From a virus (Duplodnaviria; Caudoviricetes): 64,000 bases of DNA. Below are positions 17,857 to 28,360 of the stretch, piece after piece; the stretch's first letter is position 1, and every line of letters begins with the position of its first letter. The stretch spans positions 32,001 to 96,000 of the IMG/VR virus record IMGVR_UViG_3300028833_000086. One strand, given 5' to 3'. The translations under genes were made by a program, and so were the position numbers. Below the pieces are notes generated by a model. It did not search any database. It was not told the DNA's origin and was given only the letters and a program-made list of their open reading frames with translations.

Positions 17857-18444
17857 TCATCTTGAAAACCAGTGGCCTCTATATTTAAACAGTGGGGTAG
17901 GGCCATTATATCCACTATTGCAAAAATATAGAGCACCCTGAGATCCATCCCAGCCAGCCGCCACCATTAATAGCGCAATTTCACACTCTTCATCGGGCTC
18001 ACTCATGCCCGCCACATAAAACTGGTTGGGCGCATATATAACATCGTGTATGCTCTTACCGTCGCGCTCAACCCTATTGAGCACCACGTTCATTACCAGC
18101 ATTTTGCCCACAAGTCCCTGACCTTTGGCCTCCGCCATTGCGATACCCATAAGCTCCTTTTCGTCTTTAGGTGTCAGCTCTATAAGTGTGCCGCCAAATA
18201 ATGACATAGGATTCTCCATCATCTCAAGTGTTGTGTCAAGTTCTTCCCTGAGAGTCAAGCTCTCCTCACGCGCCTCCGCCAGCTCTGTCTCAACCTCCGC
18301 CTTCTCATTTGCCAGCTGCACTATTTGCTTCTGCAGTTCAGCCATTTGGGTCTCTGCCTGCGCCTTCTCGTCGCTCGCTCTGAAGATCAGTATGCTGGCC
18401 AGCAGTAAGGCCACCGCCAGAAAAATATCTGTTTTATTATTCAT
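17857..18444 (-). CDS. SleB/Hydrolase_2-family cell wall hydrolase with N-terminal membrane anchor and coiled coil
   Basis: AMAEAKGQ...V.NVVLNRV...NQF...GALYF...GHWF. Confidence 0.8.
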   Translation of the reverse strand: MNNKTDIFLAVALLLASILIFRASDEKAQAETQMAELQKQIVQLANEKAEVETELAEAREESLTLREELDTTLEMMENPMSLFGGTLIELTPKDEKELMGIAMAEAKGQGLVGKMLVMNVVLNRVERDGKSIHDVIYAPNQFYVAGMSEPDEECEIALLMVAAGWDGSQGALYFCNSGYNGPTPLFKYRGHWFSR

Positions 18445-18637
18445 CTGACTTCATCACCTCAATCTGCTGCTCGTAGTTACGCATGCGCTCATCCATGATA
18501 CCCAGCTTGTATCCGAGCACTACTGAGCTTGCCACAATTCCGAGCACTAATAATGTCGATATAATTTTGTTACGTAATTCTTGATTCATAATCATTCCTC
18601 CAAATTTAATTAGGCGCGCACCATGCCCGCCCACCAA
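18437..18637 (-). CDS. Small membrane protein (true start probably internal)
   Basis: One hydrophobic segment; promoter at 18639-18668 and GGAGG RBS favour a later ATG. Confidence 0.45.
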   Translation of the reverse strand: MVGGHGARLIKFGGMIMNQELRNKIISTLLVLGIVASSVVLGYKLGIMDERMRNYEQQIEVMKSDE

Positions 18638-18638
18638 T

Positions 18639-18668
18639 ATAATAACATATCAATTAGTATAATGTCAA
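18639..18668 (-). promoter_or_regulatory. SigmaA-type promoter
   Basis: TTGACA-18-TATTAT with TG extension. Confidence 0.6.
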
Positions 18669-19237
18669 GTACTATGCTTTAAATAATAATAACTGGGCAT
18701 ATCCATGCGAGGCACAATGATTATTACGCCCAGCTTCTTTAATAAAGAGTTGTATCTTGTCAGGGATGCCTCGTTCATTTTGAGTTTATTGGCAAAATAC
18801 TGGCGGCTATATGAACACCTATTATCTTTAGTCATATGATCCGCCAACATTAAATAGTAGCGCAGTGCACCTTGCCAACTTTGCCCGCTCTGCATTATTT
18901 TCTTTATATCTTCGTACACCAACATCTTGCCGCCATGGGACAGTCGATCCAAATCATAATGAAAGGATCTTTGACAATCTACAATATAATTGCCATGCCC
19001 AAGCGCAATCGCCACCACATGTCCCTCATTAATAAGAAACTCTAGCGCTTCATTCACGTTCTCGCGCTGCTTCTGGTTGGGCAGCTTACCCATCATATTA
19101 AAATAGATAGCCTTGTCGCTCAGCAGTATCTGGTCGCGGTATGCGGTGCCCAGATCCATGGCTGACAGGAATGTCCCGAACTGCATGCCTGTCAGCGGCG
19201 CCGTCATAAACTCGCGATCAACAATTAGCTTACTCAT
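18665..19237 (-). CDS. HTH protein adjacent to the putative origin
   Basis: C-terminal winged-HTH-like SRQYFANKLKMNEASLTRYNSLLKKLGVI. Confidence 0.55.
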   Translation of the reverse strand: MSKLIVDREFMTAPLTGMQFGTFLSAMDLGTAYRDQILLSDKAIYFNMMGKLPNQKQRENVNEALEFLINEGHVVAIALGHGNYIVDCQRSFHYDLDRLSHGGKMLVYEDIKKIMQSGQSWQGALRYYLMLADHMTKDNRCSYSRQYFANKLKMNEASLTRYNSLLKKLGVIIIVPRMDMPSYYYLKHST

Positions 19238-19257
19238 AGAATAACCTCCTCGCTACC

Positions 19258-19286
19258 ATATTAACACATAGGTAGTATAATGTCAA
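19258..19286 (-). promoter_or_regulatory. SigmaA-type promoter
   Basis: TTGACA-17-TAATAT with TGTG extension. Confidence 0.65.
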
Positions 19287-19294
19287 GTAAAAAA

Positions 19295-19560
19295 TTATAT
19301 AGATCTGTATGAACTATATTAATATACATTTAATTAATAATTATATATATATTATTAATAATAATAATATAAATATAATAATATTATATATATTTAACAT
19401 AATAAATATAATATACATAACATAATAATATTATTATATATAATATAACATAATATATATATAATATATTAATAATATACTATATATTATATTAGTTAAT
19501 AGTAGATTATACTACCTGCGCAGATGTGTATATTTTTTTATATAGATCTGTATGAACTAT
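19295..19560. other. Putative replication origin / unwinding element flanked by 23-bp direct repeats
   Basis: TTATATAGATCTGTATGAACTAT at 19295-19317 and 19538-19560, ~180 bp almost pure A/T between; coding-strand switch. Confidence 0.6.
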
Positions 19561-19833
19561 CCTCATCCTCACAGCATGGCGGTATCGCGCGATTGTTCGC
19601 CGATATGCGCCGCGTACGGATAATGTGCGAGATGTGTGTAGGTGAAAGCGCTTAGCCTCACCCACCCAAAACCCGCATGGATTCTGCGTTTTCCACCCCC
19701 CACCCACCATAAAAAACATTCCAAAAATCGCCATTTTTGCCACGTGCTATGATGCCATTGTCATCGAGAGACGACTACTCCCTCTCCCGATGACTTGATT
19801 AACAGGGAGTAGAGATAAGGATAGGTGAACCCT

Positions 19834-20295
19834 ATGAGTAGAATTACTGTATCAGAACTTGCAACTATGATGAACTCCATTCAGAACGACATGTCTATTA
19901 TTGCCAATGCTGTCAAGTCAGTAGATGAGCGGCTGACTGCCCTCGAAGAGGGCAAGAAATCGGCAACTGCAAAGAAGCCGACCACGCAGAAGTCGAAGAC
20001 TTCTGACGACACCATTTCGAAGCAGTATGATGAGATGCAGAAGACCAAGAAACCTGCAAGTACCGAGCCTAAATGGGTACTTGATAAGCGTTGTGTATAC
20101 TCTGTTCCCAACGAGTTCATCAGCAAAAAGGCTCGCTATGCATTCAAGATGCAGGCAGAGGAGAACGGTGGTACCGCCCTCACCAAAGAGCAGAGAGAGG
20201 CACTCGTCAAGAAGACACACGACAAGTACATCACTTGCAGACAGTTCAAGACTGAAAAGGCTGCTAAAGAGTTCTTCGCAAAGTGGATGGCATAA
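19834..20295 (+). CDS. Hypothetical basic protein, first gene of the rightward arm
   Basis: Open frame with RBS; followed by terminator. Confidence 0.7.
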   Translation: MSRITVSELATMMNSIQNDMSIIANAVKSVDERLTALEEGKKSATAKKPTTQKSKTSDDTISKQYDEMQKTKKPASTEPKWVLDKRCVYSVPNEFISKKARYAFKMQAEENGGTALTKEQREALVKKTHDKYITCRQFKTEKAAKEFFAKWMA

Positions 20296-20302
20296 CTCCC
20301 AC

Positions 20303-20351
20303 GGGGGCGGTTCTTCCGCCCCTCGCCCTACGGGGTGCTTTTTTTTGCACC
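20303..20351 (+). terminator. Hairpins plus T-tract
   Basis: GGGGCGG-ttctt-CCGCCCC; GCCC-tacg-GGGT; T8. Confidence 0.6.
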
Positions 20352-20354
20352 TTG

Positions 20355-20940
20355 TAGTCAACCCTCAAAAGTTGAGTAGGGCTGTCTGTAAGCGTTTACT
20401 CCGTAAACGCGGTATGAATCATCCCTAAGCGTAGGCATTAGAAGTCGGCGCATAGTCGGGGGACAGGGACATCCCGACAAATGTGGGCACTTTGGTCAGG
20501 CGATGGCTGAGGTGACGAGTACGGCGACGTAAGTCGCTCCACTACATAGAGGCTATTTGGCAAAGTTGCATAGCAACTGTCGTGAGTCTGCTCACCGTAA
20601 GCGTGAACATCATAGGCACGCAAGTCGGGTGGAAGAGTGGCAGATTTGGCAGAGCGAAGTTGCGAAACACCGTTGCGGAGGCGTCAGGAAGTCGCATTAC
20701 CCGACTATGAGGGATCAAATAATGCGAGGACGTAGCGAGTAAGTGGACGGTAGGCAAGCGTACGACCGAATAGGGGGTAGACGAGGGAGTGCTTGATATG
20801 TGTTCCCTGACGAAGACCGTGGTGGGGATTACCCATCGAGGTACGCAGTACCGCCATCGAGGTACGCAGTACCGAGATAACACGGCGTCGAGGTGTGGGA
20901 TAACCGTGCAATGCGGACAACCCAGTAATAGCCTAAACAA
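20355..20940 (+). ncRNA. Candidate large structured ncRNA
   Basis: GC-rich, no credible ORF, several 8-10 bp long-range complements. Confidence 0.5.
20833..20874 (+). repeat. Perfect 21-bp tandem duplication
   Basis: CCATCGAGGTACGCAGTACCG x2. Confidence 0.9.
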
Positions 20941-20946
20941 CCATCA

Positions 20947-21009
20947 ACCATCAGCTATGGAGCGCACAGGTTTGACACTGTGGGACGGTTCGAATCCGTC
21001 ATGATGGTG
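20947..21009 (+). ncRNA. Minimal tRNA-like element
   Basis: ACCATCA/TGATGGT acceptor; GCT-atgg-AGC mini D-arm; CACAG/CTGTG with 8-nt loop; GACGG-TTCGAAT-CCGTC. Confidence 0.6.
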
Positions 21010-21144
21010 TCGGGACATAGCGTCCCACCCCTGCAACGCTTGTTAGTAAGCACCATAACAGTTGACACAATTCGAATGGTGTTGAACACGGTGAGGGGAT
21101 AAACAATGAACCGCCCAAAGGGGCAGAAAGACGAGGTATTAATT

Positions 21145-22478
21145 ATGGCACGAGTATTTGGACGTAAGAACGGCAGAGGACACAGAGTATATCTTGAGAC
21201 TGTATCACTTGAAGATATGGTACGGTTACAGGCAATAAAGGTGTACCGCACATTTGTGGCGGACTACACTAACCTTGAGTTTGAGATTGTATGAAACAGG
21301 AGATATGCACAATGGCAACACGTGAGGTTTTCAAACAAGTATCCGAGAAGATACTCGCAGACTACATCGACGGCAATATCACCGAGGAGTACTATCACAA
21401 AGCACTTGAATCGCTCACCGATAAGTTCCTCGAGAATGAGACACAAATAATCAGCGAAGATATGCTCCGCTAATAACAGGAGGATTGATTATGGCAGGAA
21501 TTATATGGCAAATAATCCGTGAGGATGATGACGGACGAGAGACAGTGGTCGAGGAGTACAACAGTAAGATAGTGGCACAGAGCCGTCTTGCGTACTTCCA
21601 GTCTCACGGCGACTGTTATTACTACCTCGACAGCAGGTAATGGAAAGGAGAACGGAAATGAACTTCATACTCGGAATTATTTGGGATACAGGCGAAAAGG
21701 AAATCATCCCATACTTAACGATAGAAGAGGCTTCAAGAGCCGAACTTGACTACAAAATAGCGTTCGGTAGTCAAATTCAGTATAGCTGGGTAGGACGAAA
21801 ATGAAAGCGAGGTAACAGTATGGACTTGAATCAAAGATGGCTTGACTACATAAAGGAAAACAACATAGACGGGATATTTCTTTATAATCCCGAAGAGACA
21901 ACACTAATGACAATATACGAGGGAACGGGTGAAAATCTGTTTCCCGAGGATGAAGAGAACGGATATGTCGACTATTGGATGGTCGATGTATTCAGTACAA
22001 AGGGAAACGAAGACGGAGCACAAATAATGTGTACTGCCATCATAAGGGAAACGAATCCCACCATCGGCGAAATTATAGATATGGTCGAAGAAAGCGAAAT
22101 GGTAATGAGCATAGGATCCTTACCACTTCAGGATTACATCATTAGACCCGAATATGGTACACGTCTTGAGGATGCGTACAAAAGAGCAAGCGCAGCGATT
22201 TCTAATAAGCGAAATGCCGAAATGGCATACGACACGGCGATGATATTGCTTAATAATTTATATGCTTATGCAGAAGCAGAAAGGAAAGGGAAATGAAAAA
22301 CTTAATGGAAGCAGTAAACGAAACGGTATGCTTAATATTGTGGTCGCTTGTAATCATCATGGCATTATTACTCGATTCGCCGAGTAATGTTCCAGCAATA
22401 GTAATAGCAATATTGTTAATTCCCACAGGATTAACAAGTTATATATGGTACTTGACAGAATACGGAAAGGAGGATTAA
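21145..22478 (+). other. Cluster of small hypothetical early genes (incl. 21291..21473, 21820..22296, 22293..22478)
   Basis: Abutting ORFs with purine-rich RBSs. Confidence 0.55.
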
Positions 22479-22533
22479 ACTGTCAAGCAAAGGAAAATGA
22501 AGTTAACACTATTACAGAAAGGGAAATGAAATT

Positions 22534-24276
22534 ATGGAAAACACAGCAATTAACGTACTCGCAGACAATAACACAGAGGAAACAACTATGCAGAATGTAA
22601 AGGAAACCGCATTCAAGCGGTACAAAGAACTACTCAATGAATACGGATACGACTACGAAGAAAATTCAATAATGGATACCATAAATGTATGGTGGGAACA
22701 GAAAGAGGAGCTGAGAAACATACTGAGAAAATCTCAGTACTGGAACGAGGACGAACAGATGATAGTCCTCAAAAACAAAACAATTCTCCGCTCATTCAAT
22801 GAGCAGGGCATCGGAGATTTCGGAAAGTGGATGCTCGAAATGTTTAGAGCTCAAAAAACAGACCAAACAATATCACACTGTTTCATAGAAATATATGAGA
22901 CAATGAGGAAATGCTTTAATGATAGCACAACAAATCTCATTTCAATTTCAAAAATCAAAGAAATAATTGACAACCCTGAAAAAGCAGATAAAATCATTAA
23001 CAATGAAGTTCTGCCTCTTGTGGACGGGCAGAAATGGAGCCGTTACATCGGTAATTTCTGTAAGAAAATCGGTTTTAATACCATAACCGATGTCAAAACA
23101 GAGATATACTCCGATGACGAAGGAAATGCCCATCAGCGTACAAAAGATATGGGCTACAATTATCACTTTGCCCTGTTAGGAGATAGTATAAATCCCCTTG
23201 AAATCAAAGGGAAAACATTTATAATATCTCTCAATTTCATCGACTATCTTACGATGTCCTTTGGTAATAACTGGGCATCATGTCATACAATTGATAAAGA
23301 CAATGTCCGTTGCTGTCACGGATCATATGAGGGACAGTGGTCAAGCGGAACACTGTCATATGGACTTGACAATGTAACAATGATTAGTTATATTGTGGAC
23401 GAAGAGAACGAAGCGGTGGTAGGAAGAAATGACCATCACAAATACGGAAAAGATGTTCCATATTGCCTGAGAGACAAGGAACACAGATGTGTTACATCTT
23501 GGCAAAATGACAAACTCTACTTTGGCAGAGTATATCCCGATGGAAGAGATGGTGGAGAAAAGGGAATCGCCGCACAGTTCAGAGAAATCATTCAGCAGGT
23601 ATTTGCCGAATGTTTAAGCGCATCAAATATTTGGACTACCAAAAAGGGTGTATCAAACACGTCCACCTATGTCAAGGGAAACCCTGATGGCTATACCGCA
23701 TACGATGACTGGAACCATTACGAAGACTGTTCCGTATCATTTCTCCGTAAGGTAGACGGAATCCTTAATGAGGATCCTATTAAAATAGCTGCAAGACCTA
23801 TGTGTCCTTGTTGTGGAGATAGACATAGAAACAATGAGAATATTTGTTGTCCTATCCATGATACAAGTGGTAATAAAGAAATTTGCCAAAGATGTGGATG
23901 CGTAATTGATCTCGATAATGATAATTATGAATATATCGACGGCAATTATTATTGTTCATGTGAATGTGCGGAAAGTGATGGCTGGGTATGGAGTGAGCGT
24001 TATGGAGAATGGTTGGATGAAGATAATGCCGTATATTGCGAAGATGATGGCATTTATTATTCCGATGACGATGACGATGTCGTCTATTGTCAAGATGATT
24101 GTTCCTATCATTTAAGGGAAAATTGCAGACAGGACGCATACACCGAAGATTGGTATTCTGACAACCACGAAGGAATTGAGACATACGACGATAATTGGTA
24201 CGCTGACGAAGAAAATGCAGACAAAGCAGGATACATATTATGTGATGACGATGACGAGTGGCATCACGTAGCGTAA
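22534..24276 (+). CDS. Conserved phage protein with acidic Cys-rich C-terminal repeats
   Basis: MSFGNNWASCH, SGTLSY, GRVYP core; CxxC and YC..D repeats. Confidence 0.7.
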   Translation: MENTAINVLADNNTEETTMQNVKETAFKRYKELLNEYGYDYEENSIMDTINVWWEQKEELRNILRKSQYWNEDEQMIVLKNKTILRSFNEQGIGDFGKWMLEMFRAQKTDQTISHCFIEIYETMRKCFNDSTTNLISISKIKEIIDNPEKADKIINNEVLPLVDGQKWSRYIGNFCKKIGFNTITDVKTEIYSDDEGNAHQRTKDMGYNYHFALLGDSINPLEIKGKTFIISLNFIDYLTMSFGNNWASCHTIDKDNVRCCHGSYEGQWSSGTLSYGLDNVTMISYIVDEENEAVVGRNDHHKYGKDVPYCLRDKEHRCVTSWQNDKLYFGRVYPDGRDGGEKGIAAQFREIIQQVFAECLSASNIWTTKKGVSNTSTYVKGNPDGYTAYDDWNHYEDCSVSFLRKVDGILNEDPIKIAARPMCPCCGDRHRNNENICCPIHDTSGNKEICQRCGCVIDLDNDNYEYIDGNYYCSCECAESDGWVWSERYGEWLDEDNAVYCEDDGIYYSDDDDDVVYCQDDCSYHLRENCRQDAYTEDWYSDNHEGIETYDDNWYADEENADKAGYILCDDDDEWHHVA

Positions 24277-24336
24277 GGAAAAATGACACGGGCTATGTCA
24301 TACGGCATAGCCCTATAACGAAAAGGAGATAAGCAT

Positions 24337-25302
24337 ATGATGAACTTAAAATTATTCAAAAATATATGTAAGATTCACAACCAGATAGACCTTAAAAGGG
24401 AACTGCGGAAAGAACTTGAGAAATATTATGAGACCATCATTGAAGAGGACGGTTTCTTATATGCACCAAGTGAAAACATTGACGTAATGTTGACAGCACA
24501 TATGGACACCGTACACGAAAAGAAATGCAAGAAAATAATCGAAGTGGTACGGAACGGAAAGAAAGCATTATGGTCGCCACAAGGCATAGGGGGTGATGAT
24601 AGATGTGGAATATTTATGATACTCGAAATTCTCCACAACACATGCTTACGTCCTGCTATTGTGTTCTGCGAAGACGAAGAAATAGGTGGACGAGGATCTA
24701 TGAAGTTTGCTAATTGGCTTAACAAAAAGGCAGACACAAAGGAACTCAACATTAAATTCATCATTGAACTTGATCGTAGAAACGCAAACGACGCAGTGTT
24801 TTATGACTGTGGGAATAAGGAATTTAAAAAATATATAACAGAAATAACGGGATACAAAGAGGCGATAGGAAGTTTTAGCGACATTGGAAATATAAGTCCC
24901 GAACTTGACGTAGCAAGTGTAAATCTATCTTGTGGATATTATCTTGAGCATACGCTCGACCATTACGTAATACCTGAAGAAATGGAGCGTACATATGATG
25001 CAACAATTCTTTTGCTCACGGCAAGCGTAAATGTAGATAAATTTGACTATCAGGAAGATAACTGGTGGGATCGTAATTATTTTGGCCGTTTTAAATCATT
25101 TTACGATGACGAACAGTGCATTGTCGCAATTCATAACGGAAAGGAGATAATTGAAACATACGATGCAGAAGACGGCGCAGACGAAGCATTGTTGGATTTC
25201 TTAATGTGCTACGATGAAGTATGTTATGGAGAAATTGTGTATATCGGAAGTGTGTATGAGTATGAATCACTTTACACAATAAAGGAAGGAGATGTAGTAT
25301 GA
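24337..25302 (+). CDS. M20/M28-family Zn metallopeptidase
   Basis: AHMDTV, GGDDRCG, DEEIG, ELDRR, GYY.EHT. Confidence 0.8.
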   Translation: MMNLKLFKNICKIHNQIDLKRELRKELEKYYETIIEEDGFLYAPSENIDVMLTAHMDTVHEKKCKKIIEVVRNGKKALWSPQGIGGDDRCGIFMILEILHNTCLRPAIVFCEDEEIGGRGSMKFANWLNKKADTKELNIKFIIELDRRNANDAVFYDCGNKEFKKYITEITGYKEAIGSFSDIGNISPELDVASVNLSCGYYLEHTLDHYVIPEEMERTYDATILLLTASVNVDKFDYQEDNWWDRNYFGRFKSFYDDEQCIVAIHNGKEIIETYDAEDGADEALLDFLMCYDEVCYGEIVYIGSVYEYESLYTIKEGDVV

Positions 25303-25541
25303 GCAAGATTTCAGTAATGAACAGTGAGGTGGGTTTTATTAATACGGTCGGTGAAAGTGCAGATGACGGACTTAAAACCGCAAAGAAAATGGCAATAAGC
25401 GCCTGTCGGGATTTCATAATGTGGCACAATAGATACCCAGATGAATACAAGGGGTATAACAATGAACTTGTTGCCAAAATAAAAAACGCAAAGTCGGAAG
25501 TTGAAATAAGGGATCTGCTCCGTAAGGCAAGGGCAGCATAA
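25299..25541 (+). CDS. Hypothetical protein
   Basis: ATGA overlap, RBS. Confidence 0.6.
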   Translation: MSKISVMNSEVGFINTVGESADDGLKTAKKMAISACRDFIMWHNRYPDEYKGYNNELVAKIKNAKSEVEIRDLLRKARAA

Positions 25542-25644
25542 TTAGAGAGTGGGGTTTAGAGATGATAAAAATAAGAGCTCGGCCGTAAAAATCAAAATTG
25601 AATAAGCATATAATCAACTTAACACAATTAAAGGAGAGAATATT

Positions 25645-26556
25645 ATGATTAACGACATCAAATCTTTCGCAGATGCAGTAGCAGAAACCATCAAAGTACA
25701 GGCAGATAATTATTTCCCGAACAACTTTAAGGTAGGCAGGGTTGAAGTTAATGAGGTGGTTAAGGGAAATGATACCAAGTTGATCGGTATCATCATCGGA
25801 AAAGAAAACAGCAATGTCGCACCTAATATCTATCTTGAAAAATACTATGACAGGTATCTTAAGGGAACGGATATGGATACGCTTATCGATGAGATTTGCG
25901 CTGTTTGTGTTCAAAACGACGTACCTAATTTGAGTGCTGATGACCTCACAAATTTTGACAAGGTAAAAGATAAGATCTGTGTAAGGCTAATCAATGCGGA
26001 AAAGAATACAGAGTATCTTGCTAACAAACCGCACAAGTTAATCGAAGACTTGGCAATAATGTATTGCATCTCAGTTCTTATAAGCGAGAGTGGACAAGGT
26101 AGCGTCCCCATAACCGATCAGTTGCTTGATGCCTATGGAATTACTGTGGATGAACTGCACAATATTGCCATGACAAATCTCAAAAAGCAGACACCCAAAT
26201 TTGTTTCTATGAGGGAAATGTTACTGGAAATGGGATGTCCCGAATTTATGTTGCCTCCAAAGGATGATCTTTCAATGTATGTACTAACTAACGAAAGTAA
26301 AACGCATGGAGCCGCGATGATACTCAATAACGAGGTATTGTCTAATATAAGAGAAAAATTAAATAGGGATTTTATTATAATCCCGTCAAGTATTCACGAA
26401 GTGCTTATTGTTCCTATTTCTGATGATATCATGGACATAAATGAATACTCGAAGAAGATACAGAAAATTAATGCTTCTGAAGTCAATAGTGAGGAAGTTC
26501 TTTCTGATCACCCCTACCTTTATACTAAAAATAACGGATTCAAATCTATTATGTAA
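25645..26556 (+). CDS. DUF5688-family protein
   Basis: V.K.N...L.G, P.IYL, MYVLTN...GAA, IIPSSIHEVL, LSD..Y.Y. Confidence 0.8.
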   Translation: MINDIKSFADAVAETIKVQADNYFPNNFKVGRVEVNEVVKGNDTKLIGIIIGKENSNVAPNIYLEKYYDRYLKGTDMDTLIDEICAVCVQNDVPNLSADDLTNFDKVKDKICVRLINAEKNTEYLANKPHKLIEDLAIMYCISVLISESGQGSVPITDQLLDAYGITVDELHNIAMTNLKKQTPKFVSMREMLLEMGCPEFMLPPKDDLSMYVLTNESKTHGAAMILNNEVLSNIREKLNRDFIIIPSSIHEVLIVPISDDIMDINEYSKKIQKINASEVNSEEVLSDHPYLYTKNNGFKSIM

Positions 26557-26764
26557 AAGAGAGGTATGGAGTATGATAGATGTGGTGGGCTTCGAGCTTG
26601 AAGCGAAACTTAAATATTTTGCAGAACAAGACACAGACGAGTGTGATGCAATGCTTGAACTTTTAAAGGCTGGTTTTACTCTTGAAGATTTTAAGTACAA
26701 TGAAGAGCGTTATGAGTGGGCAAAAAGAGTAATGAATGATTATGGTCTGATATAAGAAAGGAGA

Positions 26765-27043
26765 ATGCATATGGGAAGAACAAAGAATTATTGGTACGTA
26801 TTGGTAATGACTAATTCGGGCCCGACTTTTGTAACTAAGGTAAATTATTCAGATAAAACAGCAGAGTGGAATAAAGATGACAAGCCTTTAAAAATGAGTA
26901 TGGAATCCGCTAAGGATCTTGCTATGGGGTTGATGGCAAATCTTAATTTTGCTTTTGCAGTATGTAATTTTTATGAACTTGAAGATCAGCCTTATAGATA
27001 CAAATTGGGCAAATTTGAATGGAAACCAAATAGCAATACTTAA
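26765..27043 (+). CDS. Hypothetical protein
   Basis: AAGGAG RBS. Confidence 0.6.
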   Translation: MHMGRTKNYWYVLVMTNSGPTFVTKVNYSDKTAEWNKDDKPLKMSMESAKDLAMGLMANLNFAFAVCNFYELEDQPYRYKLGKFEWKPNSNT

Positions 27044-27106
27044 AGTGCACTTGGCATAACAACAAAGGAGGTGGTAAGATAATGACAATCTTACGGAAGG
27101 AGGGTT

Positions 27107-27301
27107 ATGAAATACGCGGTACTAAGCGATCGGGAGTTCGCTAAACTCCTAAAGAAAAACGGATATGTGGTCGTCAGAAGTAGTGGCGACCACACCATTT
27201 GGACAAATGCTAATCGTAAAGACAGCATAACAGTAAACAAAAACATAAACCCAATGGTAATGAGGCGACTTATTAAAGAACACAATATAAAAGGAGAATG
27301 A
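27107..27301 (+). CDS. hicA: HicA-family dsRBD-fold RNase, no adjacent HicB
   Basis: REFAKLLKKNGY..VRSSGDH.IW. Confidence 0.7.
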   Translation: MKYAVLSDREFAKLLKKNGYVVVRSSGDHTIWTNANRKDSITVNKNINPMVMRRLIKEHNIKGE

Positions 27302-27305
27302 TTTT

Positions 27306-28310
27306 ATGGCACAGATTATTAATTTTAATTCTTTTGTAACTCCTAACGTCACGGCACAGGCAGAAGTTATTGCTCCTCAGCCGAAGACACATATCAACCC
27401 CTTTGAAAACAGAAAACTTCCTTGGTCAGGCATCGGTGCTGATATTCCCGAGGATATGAAAAAGTATGGAACCGCAGAAGATATTGTTAATGCATTTCTT
27501 CCTTGGCAACTTGGACTGTCTGAAGTAAGTGTAGGCGGTCAGGTAGTACCTAACTACAAGGCCATTGTCCGCTCTGACACTGGTAAAGTATTTGGTATTA
27601 CAAAAGACAGATACAGGCCTGTTCAGAACGCAGACGCCTTTGCTTTTGCTGATGTACTCCGTCAACAGGGAGCAACCTTTGAGAAGGTTGGATGTTATAA
27701 GGGAGGAGAAAAGATTTGGTTCCTCATGAAACTGCCCAGCAGATCCTATGGCGGAGATCAGCATGACCTTTACATGTTCCTTATGAACGGTAATAACGGA
27801 AAGCAGTCGCTCTTCGCTGCCTTCACTACCATCAGAGCAATGTGCTGCAACATGGCACACCTCGTAAGTAAGAATGCAACCTACAAGGTAAGCATTCAGC
27901 ATAGAGGTAATCTTGAAGGTAAGATGCTTGAGGCACAGGAAGTTATGGCTGGAGCCACTGCGTACTTCGACGGACTTACCCATACCATGGAAGAGTTGAG
28001 AAATATTAATCTCACCCGTGCTGAAATGGGAAAGATAATCGAAGGACTGTTCCCTTATGCTGAGGATGCGACGGATCGTGTAAAGAGAACAGCGGTAGAG
28101 AAGAGAAATCAGCTCACCAATATCCTTTATAATGCTCCTGATCTTCAGAACGAAAACATGAACGGGCTCAGATTGGTACACGCACTGACTGACTATGAGT
28201 CACATGCGATACCCGCAAGACGTCCCGAGGGATTTGAAGAGAACCGTCTGATCAACCTTGTGGAAAAGCCTATGCTTGCCGATAAGGTAATTCAGCTCCT
28301 CACAGCTTAA
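27306..28310 (+). CDS. DUF932-family protein
   Basis: PW.G.G, A.VRSDT...FG...RY.PVQN..AF, GGEKIW, R..C.N, I.HRG. Confidence 0.82.
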   Translation: MAQIINFNSFVTPNVTAQAEVIAPQPKTHINPFENRKLPWSGIGADIPEDMKKYGTAEDIVNAFLPWQLGLSEVSVGGQVVPNYKAIVRSDTGKVFGITKDRYRPVQNADAFAFADVLRQQGATFEKVGCYKGGEKIWFLMKLPSRSYGGDQHDLYMFLMNGNNGKQSLFAAFTTIRAMCCNMAHLVSKNATYKVSIQHRGNLEGKMLEAQEVMAGATAYFDGLTHTMEELRNINLTRAEMGKIIEGLFPYAEDATDRVKRTAVEKRNQLTNILYNAPDLQNENMNGLRLVHALTDYESHAIPARRPEGFEENRLINLVEKPMLADKVIQLLTA

Positions 28311-28319
28311 CCAATAACC

Positions 28320-28349
28320 AAGAGGGTGGGCATAGTGCTCACCCTCTTT
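28320..28349 (+). terminator. Rho-independent terminator
   Basis: AGAGGGTGGGC-atagt-GCTCACCCTCT-TT. Confidence 0.65.
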
Positions 28350-28360
28350 ATGAAAGGAGA

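Noticed and set aside
20805-20895. Hammerhead ribozyme at CTGACGA
   Set aside because: No GAAA after the candidate stem II.
19881-21004. Overlapping ORFs in the GC-rich region and antisense ORFs across the window
   Set aside because: No RBS, atypical composition, or shadows of real genes on the opposite strand.
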